Shown: positions 10,228-20,100 of the stretch, piece by piece
Layout of the letters: each line of letters begins with the position of its first letter
Position numbering within the stretch: the first letter of the stretch is position 1
NCBI GenBank assembly: GCA_046045965.1
Contig: JBJOKS010000013.1
Coordinates: 32,001 to 96,000 of the forward strand
DNA length: 64,000 nt
Reading direction: 5' to 3'
DNA from: Cyanobacteriota bacterium
GTDB taxonomy: Bacteria; Cyanobacteriota; Cyanobacteriia; Cyanobacteriales; Nostocaceae
Notes under the pieces: generated by a model
What the model was told of the DNA's origin: nothing
Databases searched by the model: none
The model's input: only the letters and a program-made list of their open reading frames with translations
Made by a program: the position numbers and the translations under genes

Positions 10228-11025
10228 TCACAGTCCTGGAGATAATCCACCACCTGTTCCCTGAAACATTAACCATGATAGAAAGAAATTGCTAATAAAG
10301 ATAATTAGCAAGGCGGTAACAACAGCAGTTGTGGTTGATTGTCCCACACCTTTGGCTCCTCCTGTGGTGGTTAAACCCCAGCTGCAACCAATGATGGCGA
10401 TTAAAACGCCAAAGCAACTGGCTTTAATCATGGCGCTAAATATATCCCAGATTTCCAGAAAGTTCCGCGCTGAGTCTAAAAATACTGAGTCTGAGAGATT
10501 GTAGATGTTGGTAGCAATTATCAATCCTCCAAACATTCCAGTAACTAAGGATAGCAGTGTTAAGATGGGCAACATTAATAAACAAGCCAGGATGCGGGGA
10601 ATAACTAAATAATCAATGGGGTCTGTTTTTAACATCAACAGAGCATCAATCTGTTCTGTGACTCGCATTGTGCCGATTTCAGCCGCAAATGCAGAACCAA
10701 CCCTTCCCGCTAAAATTACTGCTGTCAGCACAGGTGTTAGTTCTCTGGTTAAGGCTACTGCTAACACTCCCCCAACTAAGTTTCCTGCACCAAAGTTGAT
10801 AAACTCCCTCGCTACCTGAATTGTAAATACTGCACCCACAAAAACAGCCGTCAATAAGGCGATAAACAGGGAGTCTGGACCGACTGCGGCTAATTGTTCT
10901 AATGTGTTGCGGCGATGGATTTTGCCTTTCATGAGGTGAACTATTACTTGTCCACCTAAAAAAAATGCCGCCAGCAATCGCTGACTCCAAGCGCCTAAAC
11001 TGGATTTGGATATAGTCTTGCTCAA
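10228..11025 (-). CDS. mlaE: MlaE/TGD1 (Ycf63-like) lipid ABC transporter permease
   Basis: RELTPVLTA, GSAFAAEIGTM and GGAKGVGQSTTTAVV motifs. Confidence 0.9.
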   Translation of the reverse strand: MSKTISKSSLGAWSQRLLAAFFLGGQVIVHLMKGKIHRRNTLEQLAAVGPDSLFIALLTAVFVGAVFTIQVAREFINFGAGNLVGGVLAVALTRELTPVLTAVILAGRVGSAFAAEIGTMRVTEQIDALLMLKTDPIDYLVIPRILACLLMLPILTLLSLVTGMFGGLIIATNIYNLSDSVFLDSARNFLEIWDIFSAMIKASCFGVLIAIIGCSWGLTTTGGAKGVGQSTTTAVVTALLIIFISNFFLSWLMFQGTGGGLSPGL

Positions 11026-11453
11026 TGTTTTCCAGTTAACTCGGTAACTACTTTCAGAATAGCGAAAGTCATTGCTTTTTTATCAATTATTCAATGGGAA
11101 AAGGCAAAAGGCAAAAGTTGATTAATTTTTCTCTGCTCCCTGCTACCTGCTGTACTTTTCTGTCCAAACGTTAACTTAAGTTAAAGACTCTCTCAGAAAA
11201 TTAAGCTAATGATTAAACTTGACACAACACATTTAACCCTATTTTTAATAGATGAAATATGGATATCTCAAGGGTTTTGCGGCTTGATAGCCTGAAAATA
11301 GCCCCATAATTTGATGGTTCTATTAACTTTATCTTTTAATGAAAACTTAAGATTTTTGACAAATTGACCTTTCAGGAGCGATCGCACGTATTGTAGAAAT
11401 TGACGTGCTGCTTTTTAGTGAACGTTCACCTTAGTCTTGGAGATTGCCCGATC

Positions 11454-11750
11454 ATGAGCATTTTTACCAACTTTCTCCGCTCCCTGGTACTCACTACCGT
11501 TTTCAGTTTTATTGCTCCTATGTTCTTAGTCGGCGGTATGCTGGTCTGTTTATGCCTTTCTGGCTTCGTTCCTGGTTTACAAGGGCTAACTGAGAACATC
11601 CCCTCTCAGATTCTGCATTTTCTCGCTACTTTTGGTACTGGTAGTCCCATCAATGGGTTATTGGTTATCAGTCTGACTTGTGGTTTTGTCGGTGGGCTGT
11701 TTGATATCTATGCTTATTACAGGTATCAAATTCTTCGCATTGATTCCTAA
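11454..11750 (+). CDS. Small hypothetical membrane protein
   Basis: Hydrophobic 98-aa ORF with ATG at 11454. Confidence 0.6.
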   Translation: MSIFTNFLRSLVLTTVFSFIAPMFLVGGMLVCLCLSGFVPGLQGLTENIPSQILHFLATFGTGSPINGLLVISLTCGFVGGLFDIYAYYRYQILRIDS

Positions 11751-12228
11751 ACAAGTCATAAATCTTTATAACGCCTTCATCTCAAATAATGACAAGTTAC
11801 AGCTAAATTAATCGTCTCCAAGGTAAACTTGCTGCTATCCCTAACTCAATTTGCAGTTGGTATGGCTAAAGATTGGTGTGAATTTTTGTGGATATAAATT
11901 TTTTAGTCATTAGTCACAATCTACTAAAGACTATGTTTTGTGTTTTAAATTGTCGTTTCTTGAACTAGCCAAATCCAAATTCCATTTCGGAAATTATGGT
12001 TTTTTACAATCACTACACAATCATTAACGACCCTGGTTTAGAGTTAGACATTTAAATACATACTGCTTCATGAAGAAATATAGCAAATAAATCTACACAC
12101 TAAATCTAAAAATTTCCTTAAGATTATAAACAGCATCATACTTGCTTATTTTTCTTAACAGAGTCGAGAAGGTCGTCTAACCTCTGGACAATCTATATTA
12201 AATTTATTAATAACTGATTAGATTACTC

Positions 12229-13050
12229 ATGGTTTGGCCGTTTAGACCCAAGTTTCGTAAACAAATTGCTCGGATTGAAATAACTGGTGCGATCGCCAGT
12301 GCTACCCGCAAACGGGTATTAGAAGCCCTGAAAACTGTAGAAGAGAAGAAGTTTCCAGCTTTACTGCTACGCATCGATAGCCCCGGCGGTACAGTGGGAG
12401 ATTCCCAAGAAATCTACAGCGCCCTGAAGCGGTTGCGTAAAAAAACCAAAATCGTCGCTAGTTTTGGCAATATATCCGCTTCTGGTGGCGTTTATATTGG
12501 CATGGGAGCCGAAAAAATTATGGCTAACCCTGGCACAATCACAGGTAGTATCGGCGTGATTTTGCGGGGAAATAACTTGGAACGACTACTAGAAAAAGTT
12601 GGCGTTTCCTTTAAAGTGATTAAGTCTGGTCCCTACAAAGATATTTTGTCTTTTGATAGGGAACTGACAGAACCAGAAGAAAACATCCTCCAAGAGTTGA
12701 TAGATGTCAGCTATCAGCAGTTTGTACAAACAGTAGCTGAGGGTCGTTCCTTGGAGGTAGACAAGGTGAAAAGCTTCGCTGATGGGCGCATTTTCACCGG
12801 AGAACAAGCCGTAGAATTGGGAGTTGTAGACCGTTTGGGAACAGAAGAAGATGCACGACGCTGGACTGCGGAATTAGTCGGACTTGATCCAGAAAAAACT
12901 CCTTGCTATACGCTAGAAGAACGTAAACCATTATTGAATCGGGTTCTACCAGGAAGTCGTCAGACCAAATCAGGAATTAGGTCTGGAATTGATTGGCTGG
13001 AATTTGAAATGTCTACAAGTGGTTTACCCCTGTGGTTATATAGACCTTAG
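12229..13050 (+). CDS. sppA: Signal peptide peptidase (S49, short form)
   Basis: RIDSPGG, SASGGVY and TGSIGV motifs. Confidence 0.92.
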   Translation: MVWPFRPKFRKQIARIEITGAIASATRKRVLEALKTVEEKKFPALLLRIDSPGGTVGDSQEIYSALKRLRKKTKIVASFGNISASGGVYIGMGAEKIMANPGTITGSIGVILRGNNLERLLEKVGVSFKVIKSGPYKDILSFDRELTEPEENILQELIDVSYQQFVQTVAEGRSLEVDKVKSFADGRIFTGEQAVELGVVDRLGTEEDARRWTAELVGLDPEKTPCYTLEERKPLLNRVLPGSRQTKSGIRSGIDWLEFEMSTSGLPLWLYRP

Positions 13051-13138
13051 ATTAATTGTCAATAGTCACTAGTTAGCAGTCTTTGTACTGATGACTAATG
13101 ACTAAAGACTAATGACTAATGAGTAATTAAGGAGGACT

Positions 13139-13558
13139 TTGGGAGTGGAATGGCAAATGCGGGCGATTCGTGGTGCAACAACCGTTGCAGAAAATAGTGT
13201 GGAAGCAATTCGAGAAGCAGTGACAGAATTAATTGATGAACTAGAAGAACGAAATCAGCTGCAACCAACAGAAATTTTGAGTGTTACTTTTTCTGTTACA
13301 CGCGACTTAGATGCTATTTTCCCAGCAGCGATCGCTCGCAGTCGTCCTTTATGGGATAGTGTGGCTATGTTGGATGTTCAACAGATGTACGTTGAGGGCA
13401 GTTTACAGCGTTGCATCCGCTTTTTGATTCATGCCTATTTGCCAACTTCCGCCCCCGTTCACCACATTTATTTGCGTCAAGCGGCTAAATTGCGGCCTGA
13501 CTGGGGTTTACCGCAAACGTTACAAACCTCACAGCAGGTTGTAGAAACAAAAGTCTAA
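13139..13558 (+). CDS. aroH: Chorismate mutase, AroH class
   Basis: RAIRGATT, FPAAIAR and LRPD motifs; exact start uncertain. Confidence 0.9.
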   Translation: MGVEWQMRAIRGATTVAENSVEAIREAVTELIDELEERNQLQPTEILSVTFSVTRDLDAIFPAAIARSRPLWDSVAMLDVQQMYVEGSLQRCIRFLIHAYLPTSAPVHHIYLRQAAKLRPDWGLPQTLQTSQQVVETKV

Positions 13559-13596
13559 AATCAGCAGGTCAATAACATAAGTAAAAATAGCGCCCA

Positions 13597-13884
13597 ATGA
13601 CTTATTACAGTGGTGACGCGACTGCTCAACCTGCTGCTATTGCTGGAAAAATTTTCACTCATCGGGGAACAGGTGTTTGTGTAAAATTAGATGATTTTTT
13701 GGCGATTCTTTCCAAGAGTGAAGAACCGCTGGTCATCGTCACCAGTGAAGGTTTTTTTACGAAAATATATAAATATGTAACGGCTTATAAGGGTTTTGTG
13801 TTTTTCACAGAATCCTTAGATAAATTGGAATTTGCCAGCAATATTGAGATAATTTACGCACAAAGCATAGGAACTGATATTTGA
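13597..13884 (+). CDS. Hypothetical protein
   Basis: 95-aa ATG ORF filling the intergenic gap with protein-like composition. Confidence 0.6.
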   Translation: MTYYSGDATAQPAAIAGKIFTHRGTGVCVKLDDFLAILSKSEEPLVIVTSEGFFTKIYKYVTAYKGFVFFTESLDKLEFASNIEIIYAQSIGTDI

Positions 13885-13886
13885 AC

Positions 13887-14058
13887 CTAATACCATTTCT
13901 TTATGAGGCTGCGCCGAATTTCCTAACCTTGTCTTTCCTTCTCTGTGTCGCGCCAGTTGCTACAAGTCGGGGAACCCGCCCATCGCACTGGCTTCTCTGC
14001 GTCTCTGCGGTTAGTTTATTTTTAAATTGAGCGCATCTTTATACAGAATTGGTATCAG
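13887..14058. mobile_element. MITE-like element with imperfect terminal inverted repeats and a nested hairpin repeat
   Basis: Left TAATACCATTTCTTTATGAGGCTGCGC vs reverse complement of right end TGATACCAATTCTGTATAAAGATGCGC (21/27 matches); no coding capacity. Confidence 0.6.
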
Positions 14059-14248
14059 AATTCAGGAGTCAGAATGCTTTGCCAAAATTTCCATAACTTT
14101 AGATATCAGGGTAATCACAATTAAAAGAATAAAGAATTTAGAATGTAGAATTACGTTTTGCAACGGGGATTTTACCCCGACGCAAAACCCGCTGCTTGTA
14201 GAAGCATAGGACTTTCACCCCCAAAGGTAAGTTAAAAATTGGCAAGGT

Positions 14249-14755
14249 ATGATAATTAAGATTGAAAAGTTATTAGATACTGATTTTGAGGAACTGAGAA
14301 AAGTTAGTCAAGAAATTTGGTATGCTCACTATTCCCAAATTATCAGTATTGAACAAATAGAATATATGTTGGATAAAATGTATGGAATAGGAGTAATTGA
14401 AAAGGAAATTTATCAGTTAGGAATATTTTACGATAAAGTCGTTAAAGATAATCAAATGGTTGGTTATTTATCTTATGGAGCAGAAATAAAAGATAATATT
14501 AATTGTTTGAAATTACATAAATGTTATTTATTACCTGCACTGCATGGTTTTGGTTATGGACAAATAATGTTATCTCATGTTTGTCAAAAAGCTAAAGAGA
14601 TGAATTTGCAGAAAATCATTCTCAATGTCAATAAAAGAAATGAAAAAGGAATTAAAGCTTATACTCGGTTTGGGTTTGAGATTATTGAGAGTAAGGTAAT
14701 AGATTTTGGTGGTGGTTTTGTGATGGATGATTATATTATGGGTTATGAAATTTAA
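14249..14755 (+). CDS. GNAT family N-acetyltransferase
   Basis: HGFGYG acetyl-CoA motif and LNVNKRN..AYTRFGF. Confidence 0.85.
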   Translation: MIIKIEKLLDTDFEELRKVSQEIWYAHYSQIISIEQIEYMLDKMYGIGVIEKEIYQLGIFYDKVVKDNQMVGYLSYGAEIKDNINCLKLHKCYLLPALHGFGYGQIMLSHVCQKAKEMNLQKIILNVNKRNEKGIKAYTRFGFEIIESKVIDFGGGFVMDDYIMGYEI

Positions 14756-14777
14756 AAGATAGGAAATAACCCAGAAT

Positions 14778-15188
14778 TTAGGTAGATATCAAATTAAGAA
14801 AATCTGCTGCTGTAACAATAGCAATACCTTGATAATTACCTAAAGGTAACAAATGTTTTTTATCACCTGTAACAATATGAGTTGCATTTACCAACACTGC
14901 ACATTCTAAAACCATATTATCGTCAGGATCATTAGTGATGACATTTAAAGTATTGCTGATTGTTACTAATCTTAGAAAGCTGAGTAAATCAGCTATTGTA
15001 TCAATTACTTGATTATCTGTAAATTTCAACTTTTGTTGTAATTTTTCCGTGAGTTCTTCCAGTATCTCTGGACATATTACGCCTTCTATTATGCCACTAC
15101 GTGCCAATTCAAGACAGCGAAAAGGTTTGCTTCTCCAACCAATTCCAGATAACAAAACATTTGTATCAAATACAACTATTGGGCGCAT
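14778..15188 (-). CDS. PIN-domain putative toxin
   Basis: VVFDTNVLLS, DPDDNMVLECA and IVTGDK motifs. Confidence 0.88.
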   Translation of the reverse strand: MRPIVVFDTNVLLSGIGWRSKPFRCLELARSGIIEGVICPEILEELTEKLQQKLKFTDNQVIDTIADLLSFLRLVTISNTLNVITNDPDDNMVLECAVLVNATHIVTGDKKHLLPLGNYQGIAIVTAADFLNLIST

Positions 15189-15430
15189 TGTCTATCCTCA
15201 TGCACCAGATCATCTATAAATGATTCACGTTCATCTTCTGACATAGTATCCCAATTTAAACCTCGTTCAGTACACAAGTTGCGAAGTTGGTTTTCAGCAT
15301 ACTCCATCCGAGACTCACGCTCATTTTTACTTTCCTTAGCGAGTTCTAACAATACTACCCGTTTACTTTCTGGGGGTAGCTGTTTAACTAATTCAATTAC
15401 CTGTTGATCGCTTAATGTCAGATTTGGCAT
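15176..15430 (-). CDS. Putative antitoxin
   Basis: Small acidic ORF overlapping the start of the PIN gene. Confidence 0.65.
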   Translation of the reverse strand: MPNLTLSDQQVIELVKQLPPESKRVVLLELAKESKNERESRMEYAENQLRNLCTERGLNWDTMSEDERESFIDDLVHEDRQCAQ

Positions 15431-15586
15431 AATCATTACCTCCTCTTATATTGTATAACAATAAAAACTTTAGTAGGGTGTGTTAGGGATAGCGTAACGC
15501 ACCGAAAATAAATGATGCGTAATTATGGAGATGGTTTTTCAATAACCACAGTACCAGATAAGATATCATGTAAAGAGCGATGCTTT

Positions 15587-15655
15587 TTATGCAAGAGGAC
15601 AAAAATTAAATCTAGTAAACCACAGCAGAGTATGAGTATCAAGTAATTGCTGCAT
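15587..15655 (-). pseudogene. VapC/PIN toxin N-terminal remnant
   Basis: MQQLLDTHTLLWFTRFNFCPLA*; the ATG overlaps the antitoxin stop (TAATG). Confidence 0.75.
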
Positions 15656-15879
15656 TACATATAATCCTTCAATTCTTCTAAAGGTTCATCAAAATCATCA
15701 GACATTTTGATCATTCCTTTTGCACTACCAAATTTAGGACGAATTTTCACAGGTAATACAGGAATTAACTTAACAACAGGTTGATTATCTTTCATGATGA
15801 TAATTTCATCACCACCAAGTGCGGCTTCAATTAAATCAGATAAGTGTTGAGATGCTTCATTAACAGTAATTTGTTGCAT
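15655..15879 (-). CDS. Phd/YefM-family antitoxin with DUF2281-like tail
   Basis: EASQHLSDLIEAALGGDEIII..PVVKL and FGSAKG..MSDDFDEPL motifs. Confidence 0.85.
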   Translation of the reverse strand: MQQITVNEASQHLSDLIEAALGGDEIIIMKDNQPVVKLIPVLPVKIRPKFGSAKGMIKMSDDFDEPLEELKDYM

Positions 15880-16010
15880 AATTACCACCTTTAGCTTTGT
15901 GTGTGCTATTCCACCAACAATTCTATTCTCCATCAAAAACTAAAAAAAGAGAGAGATAGAAAATTCTACCTCCCCCAAAAAGAAATAAATTATTCAAACC
16001 AAATCAGATA

Positions 16011-16340
16011 TTAGTATCTGCTGGGTTTGTGAACGATAAAGCTGAGGACTTGGCATTGTTTGATGTTGTCAAAACCTACAACACGAACATAGCAGTTACC
16101 GTACTGAGAACGGCAAGATTGAACTTCACCTAATACTTCTTGAGTGGTTTTAGCATTAAACAAAGGTAGCTTCCACATTGTCCAGAACAATTCAGTAGGC
16201 TCAGAAGTTTCGTTAAACTCAACCGCTGGGATGTAACCTTGGTTCAAAATGTACTGAACTTGCTTGGCAATTTGCGCGTCAGACAGAGGGGGAAGATAAG
16301 AGAGGGTTTCGTAACGACGCTCTTTTGGTAAAGTTTGCAT
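16011..16340 (-). CDS. rbcS: RuBisCO small subunit
   Basis: [10 protein letters not shown] and WTMWKLPLF motifs. Confidence 0.98.
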   Translation of the reverse strand: MQTLPKERRYETLSYLPPLSDAQIAKQVQYILNQGYIPAVEFNETSEPTELFWTMWKLPLFNAKTTQEVLGEVQSCRSQYGNCYVRVVGFDNIKQCQVLSFIVHKPSRY

Positions 16341-16396
16341 GGCTGTTTAGTAAGTGGCTATTTTTTACTACTTGGTTTTTGGCGCTTGCGCCTATC

Positions 16397-16804
16397 CTAA
16401 CCGGATAAATTATCTAAATCAGGCTCTGAGATAGTCTGCTGTTCAGTTTTTGGGGTGGGACTTGATAAATTTAGTTGCGTGATGCGTTCGAGATGCTGGC
16501 GACGTTGTTCCATGTTGGCTTGCTGAATGCCAGAGCGAACCATTTCTGGCAAGAAGTCTGTCACTTCCGCCGCGATGTGTTCCCTGACAGTCATAATTCG
16601 CAAAGCCAAATCTGACTTTGCTAGAAACAGTTCCTCAATATATGCTTCTCCGTCTTGGATTTTCCCAGCGGAAAAGTTTTGCAACCAATGTGCTAAAGGA
16701 GGATTTGTTTCGCCTAGCTGTGCCAAAACAGTCATAAGTGCCTGATAAGTCAGATAACTTTGGAGAGTTTTGGCTGTGTCTTTCGCAATTTGCTTTAGAT
16801 TCAT
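16397..16804 (-). CDS. rbcX: RuBisCO assembly chaperone
   Basis: MNLKQIAKDTAKTLQSYLTYQA; lies between rbcL and rbcS. Confidence 0.97.
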   Translation of the reverse strand: MNLKQIAKDTAKTLQSYLTYQALMTVLAQLGETNPPLAHWLQNFSAGKIQDGEAYIEELFLAKSDLALRIMTVREHIAAEVTDFLPEMVRSGIQQANMEQRRQHLERITQLNLSSPTPKTEQQTISEPDLDNLSG

Positions 16805-16888
16805 GCTTGACCCCAGCCCCATAGATTTTGGATTTTAGATTTTGGATTGAAAATTCATCCAAAGTCCAAAATCCCAAATCCTAAATCA

Positions 16889-18319
16889 TCAGACGGTATC
16901 CATTGCTTCAAACTCGAACTTGATTTCTTTCCACAGTTCGCAAGCAACAGCCAATTCAGGAGACCACTTAGCCGCTTCACGGATAATGTCGTTACCTTCA
17001 CGAGCCAAGTTGCGGCCTTCGTTACGAGCTTGGATACAAGCTTCTAGAGCTACGCGGTTAGCGGTTGCACCAGGAGCGTTACCCCAGGGGTGACCAAGTG
17101 TACCACCACCAAACTGTAGTACGGAGTCATCACCGAAGATTTCAACGAGTGCGGGCATATGCCATACGTGGATACCACCGGAAGCAACAGCCATTACACC
17201 AGGCATAGAAGCCCAATCTTGGGTAAAGTAGATACCGCGAGACTTGTCTTGCTCAACGTAGTTTTCACGGAGGAGGTCAACGAAGCCCATTGTGATACCG
17301 CGTTCGCCTTCCAATTTACCCACAACTGTACCGGTGTGAATGTGGTCACCACCAGACATCCGTAAGGTTTTAGCCAATACACGGAAGTGGATACCGTGGT
17401 TCTTTTGACGGTCAATTACAGCGTGCATAGCGCGGTGGATGTGCAACAACAGACCGTTATCACGACACCAACGAGCCAAGGTTGTGTTAGCGGTGAAACC
17501 TGCGGTCAAGTAGTCGTGCATGATGATGGGCATTTCGAGTTCTTTAGCGAACTCAGCACGCTTGAGCATTTCTTCGCAGGTAGGCGCGGTTACGTTTAAG
17601 TAGTGACCTTTGATTTCGCCGGTTTCTGCTTGTGCTTTTTTGATAGCTTCTGCTACGAACAAGAAGCGATCGCGCCATCTTTGGAATGGTGCAGAGTTGA
17701 TGTTTTCGTCGTCTTTTGTAAAGTCCAAACCACCGCGCAAACATTCGTATACAGCGCGTCCGTAGTTCTTAGCGGACAAACCTAATTTGGGCTTAATGGT
17801 ACAACCCAACAAAGGACGACCATATTTGTTCAATTTGTCGCGTTCAACTTGAATACCGTGAGGAGGACCTTGGAAGGTCTTCAGGTAAGCAACAGGAATC
17901 CGCAAGTCTTCCAAACGCAGTGCGCGTAATGCTTTGAAACCGAATACGTTACCTACGATAGAGGTCAACATATTGGTTACGGAACCTTCCTCAAACAAGT
18001 CCAGAGGATAAGCAACGTAAGCAATGTATTGGTTATCTTCACCAGCAACTGGTTCGATGTCGTAGCAACGACCTTTGTAACGGTCTAGGTCGGTGAGCAA
18101 GTCTGTCCATACAGTTGTCCAAGTACCTGTAGAAGACTCAGCCGCTACCGCAGCACCAGCTTCTTCGGGTGGAACTCCAGGCTGAGGAGTCATCCGGAAT
18201 GCTGCAAGAATATCTGTATCTTTAGGTGTGTAATCAGGAGTGTAATAAGTTAGTCTGTAATCTTTAACCCCAGCTTGATACCCAGATTTAGCCTGAGTCT
18301 TCGTTTGCGCGTAAGACAT
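16889..18319 (-). CDS. rbcL: RuBisCO large subunit, form IB
   Basis: [10 protein letters not shown] catalytic motif; 476 aa from MSYAQTK. Confidence 0.99.
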   Translation of the reverse strand: MSYAQTKTQAKSGYQAGVKDYRLTYYTPDYTPKDTDILAAFRMTPQPGVPPEEAGAAVAAESSTGTWTTVWTDLLTDLDRYKGRCYDIEPVAGEDNQYIAYVAYPLDLFEEGSVTNMLTSIVGNVFGFKALRALRLEDLRIPVAYLKTFQGPPHGIQVERDKLNKYGRPLLGCTIKPKLGLSAKNYGRAVYECLRGGLDFTKDDENINSAPFQRWRDRFLFVAEAIKKAQAETGEIKGHYLNVTAPTCEEMLKRAEFAKELEMPIIMHDYLTAGFTANTTLARWCRDNGLLLHIHRAMHAVIDRQKNHGIHFRVLAKTLRMSGGDHIHTGTVVGKLEGERGITMGFVDLLRENYVEQDKSRGIYFTQDWASMPGVMAVASGGIHVWHMPALVEIFGDDSVLQFGGGTLGHPWGNAPGATANRVALEACIQARNEGRNLAREGNDIIREAAKWSPELAVACELWKEIKFEFEAMDTV

Positions 18320-18827
18320 ATTTTCCTTCCAAGAAGTCAATCTTTTTACTATCAAATCACGTTATGTGCAACTTTTTATCACCCTTTATTTTTCTCATTT
18401 TCTCATTACATATATAAGAAAAACTTATAATTTAGGGTCGGCTGTAGTTTAGGGTAGCGTTGTTTGTGCGTCAAACATCCGGTAGCAGTAGCAATTTACC
18501 GCACCTTTTTATCTCTATATAGTAGAGGCGCACATCCAGGCGTTTTGGTTTTTTCCCCCGTTCCACGAACACAAAGTCTTTTCTATCTTTTTTGCTTACC
18601 TTACTAAACCTGCTTAATTTCAGAGAAACTTCGGCGCTTTACAGGCATTATGGAATTGATGCCTTAAAACTAGGAGAAATTAGGGTTTTAAACTGTCTAG
18701 CTTATGCTCCCGGTTTTTTCTCCTGATATCTTGCCCTGATTGGGTAAAAAGATATAGAGGAAACTTCACTAACTGCGGTTTAGCTCCAGAGTGAGCCAAA
18801 GATAAAAAACTGCACAGGACGGAATTT

Positions 18828-18850
18828 GTAACTTGTCTCACAATATATCA
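18828..18850 (-). promoter_or_regulatory. rbcL promoter: extended -10 (TGaTATATT) followed by an NtcA-type site (GTGAGACAAGTTAC)
   Basis: Minus strand TGATATATT GTGAGACAAGTTACA, about 510 nt upstream of rbcL; fits GTN10AC in a repressor position. Confidence 0.7.
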
Positions 18851-19019
18851 ATAATTGAATAAGTTATCCTTTGAAAGTTTTTAACTTTTATATTTGAATT
18901 TCTTATCAATGAAAGTTTTTAACTTTTTGTTAAGAGTGCTTTACAAATGGTGATAGTTAGTTGTAAATGCTACATTCCCTACTTCTAACCATCACATTTG
19001 CAAATATGACTCCAAAAAT

Positions 19020-20084
19020 TCAAGTAGATGAATTATTTTCTCTGTCAAGTTGTTCTTCTTGAACCGATGAGGTTTTTGGAATTTCCGGGTTTGATGAGTC
19101 GGACTGGGTTGGAGTTTCCGTTGAAGACTGACTTTCAGGGTTAGAGTCAGGTTGAATTTCCGGTTCAGAACTGGTTGTGGGAGTTGGACTCGGTTTAATT
19201 TCCGGTTCAGGACTGGTTGTAGAAGTTGGACTCGGTTTAATTATCGTCGGTTGACTCGTTGGTTCAGGTGTCGGGTTTTTTGGGTGCTGACTTACTATTG
19301 CTAGTATTATTAGACCAAGGCCAATTATCAAAAAAACCAGAATTATTAGAATTTTCAGGTCTTTTTTTTTCCGTTTGCTACTGCTTCCAGACTGCACACG
19401 ATCTGATATACCCCACCACTTAACATCTTGAAGAATATTCTCACTTACATTTTCTGCAACAACTACCAATGCTCCGTTACCTTTTGGTAATTGTTTTGTT
19501 TTCAATTCTTCAGCAAGTTTTTTTATCCACTTTTGCTTAGTTTCTTGAAATATTTTCTGTTTTTGGGGGGATTTTGAATCGACATTTAGTACATCTTGAT
19601 TTAATTTTTTGGTTTTGTCTGATTCTTCTAGTGTTTGAGAACGTGCTTCATTTTTAACCAAATCTATGTACTTAGAAAAATGTTGTTTTTCTACTTGAAA
19701 ACCATGCTCATTATCACCCCATTGAACAAAACCATCAAGTCTTTGAGAAAATAATTTCCAGTCTTGTAAAGCTTCACTAGCTAACATTTGCAAAAGTAAA
19801 TCATCCTCGTGTTTTTGACTGACTAATACTATAGAATTGTAGACAGGACGACCATACTGTGCCGAACGTTCTTTTGTTTTTATCCAGTAAAGCAGCAGGA
19901 TTAATTCTTGATTATTTCTGAACAGAATAACAGCAGGAGTATCTGCTTCATAAAACTGAGAAAGTTTTAATATAGGTGGTTCTTGTCGTTCCAGATTATT
20001 CAACCATGTACTATTTACATAAACTTTTACCCAGCGATAATCCTGTGTCTCTTCTTTTCCGCAACTCTGAATATAAATATCCAT
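19020..20084 (-). CDS. Single-pass membrane protein: globular N-terminal domain, TM helix, Pro/Thr/Ser/Glu-rich tail
   Basis: Start MDIYIQSCG preceded by GAGG; basic KRKKK followed by ILIILVFLIIGLGLIILAIV; PT/PS repeats. Confidence 0.75.
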   Translation of the reverse strand: MDIYIQSCGKEETQDYRWVKVYVNSTWLNNLERQEPPILKLSQFYEADTPAVILFRNNQELILLLYWIKTKERSAQYGRPVYNSIVLVSQKHEDDLLLQMLASEALQDWKLFSQRLDGFVQWGDNEHGFQVEKQHFSKYIDLVKNEARSQTLEESDKTKKLNQDVLNVDSKSPQKQKIFQETKQKWIKKLAEELKTKQLPKGNGALVVVAENVSENILQDVKWWGISDRVQSGSSSKRKKKDLKILIILVFLIIGLGLIILAIVSQHPKNPTPEPTSQPTIIKPSPTSTTSPEPEIKPSPTPTTSSEPEIQPDSNPESQSSTETPTQSDSSNPEIPKTSSVQEEQLDRENNSST

Positions 20085-20100
20085 TGTTAATTCCTCATTG

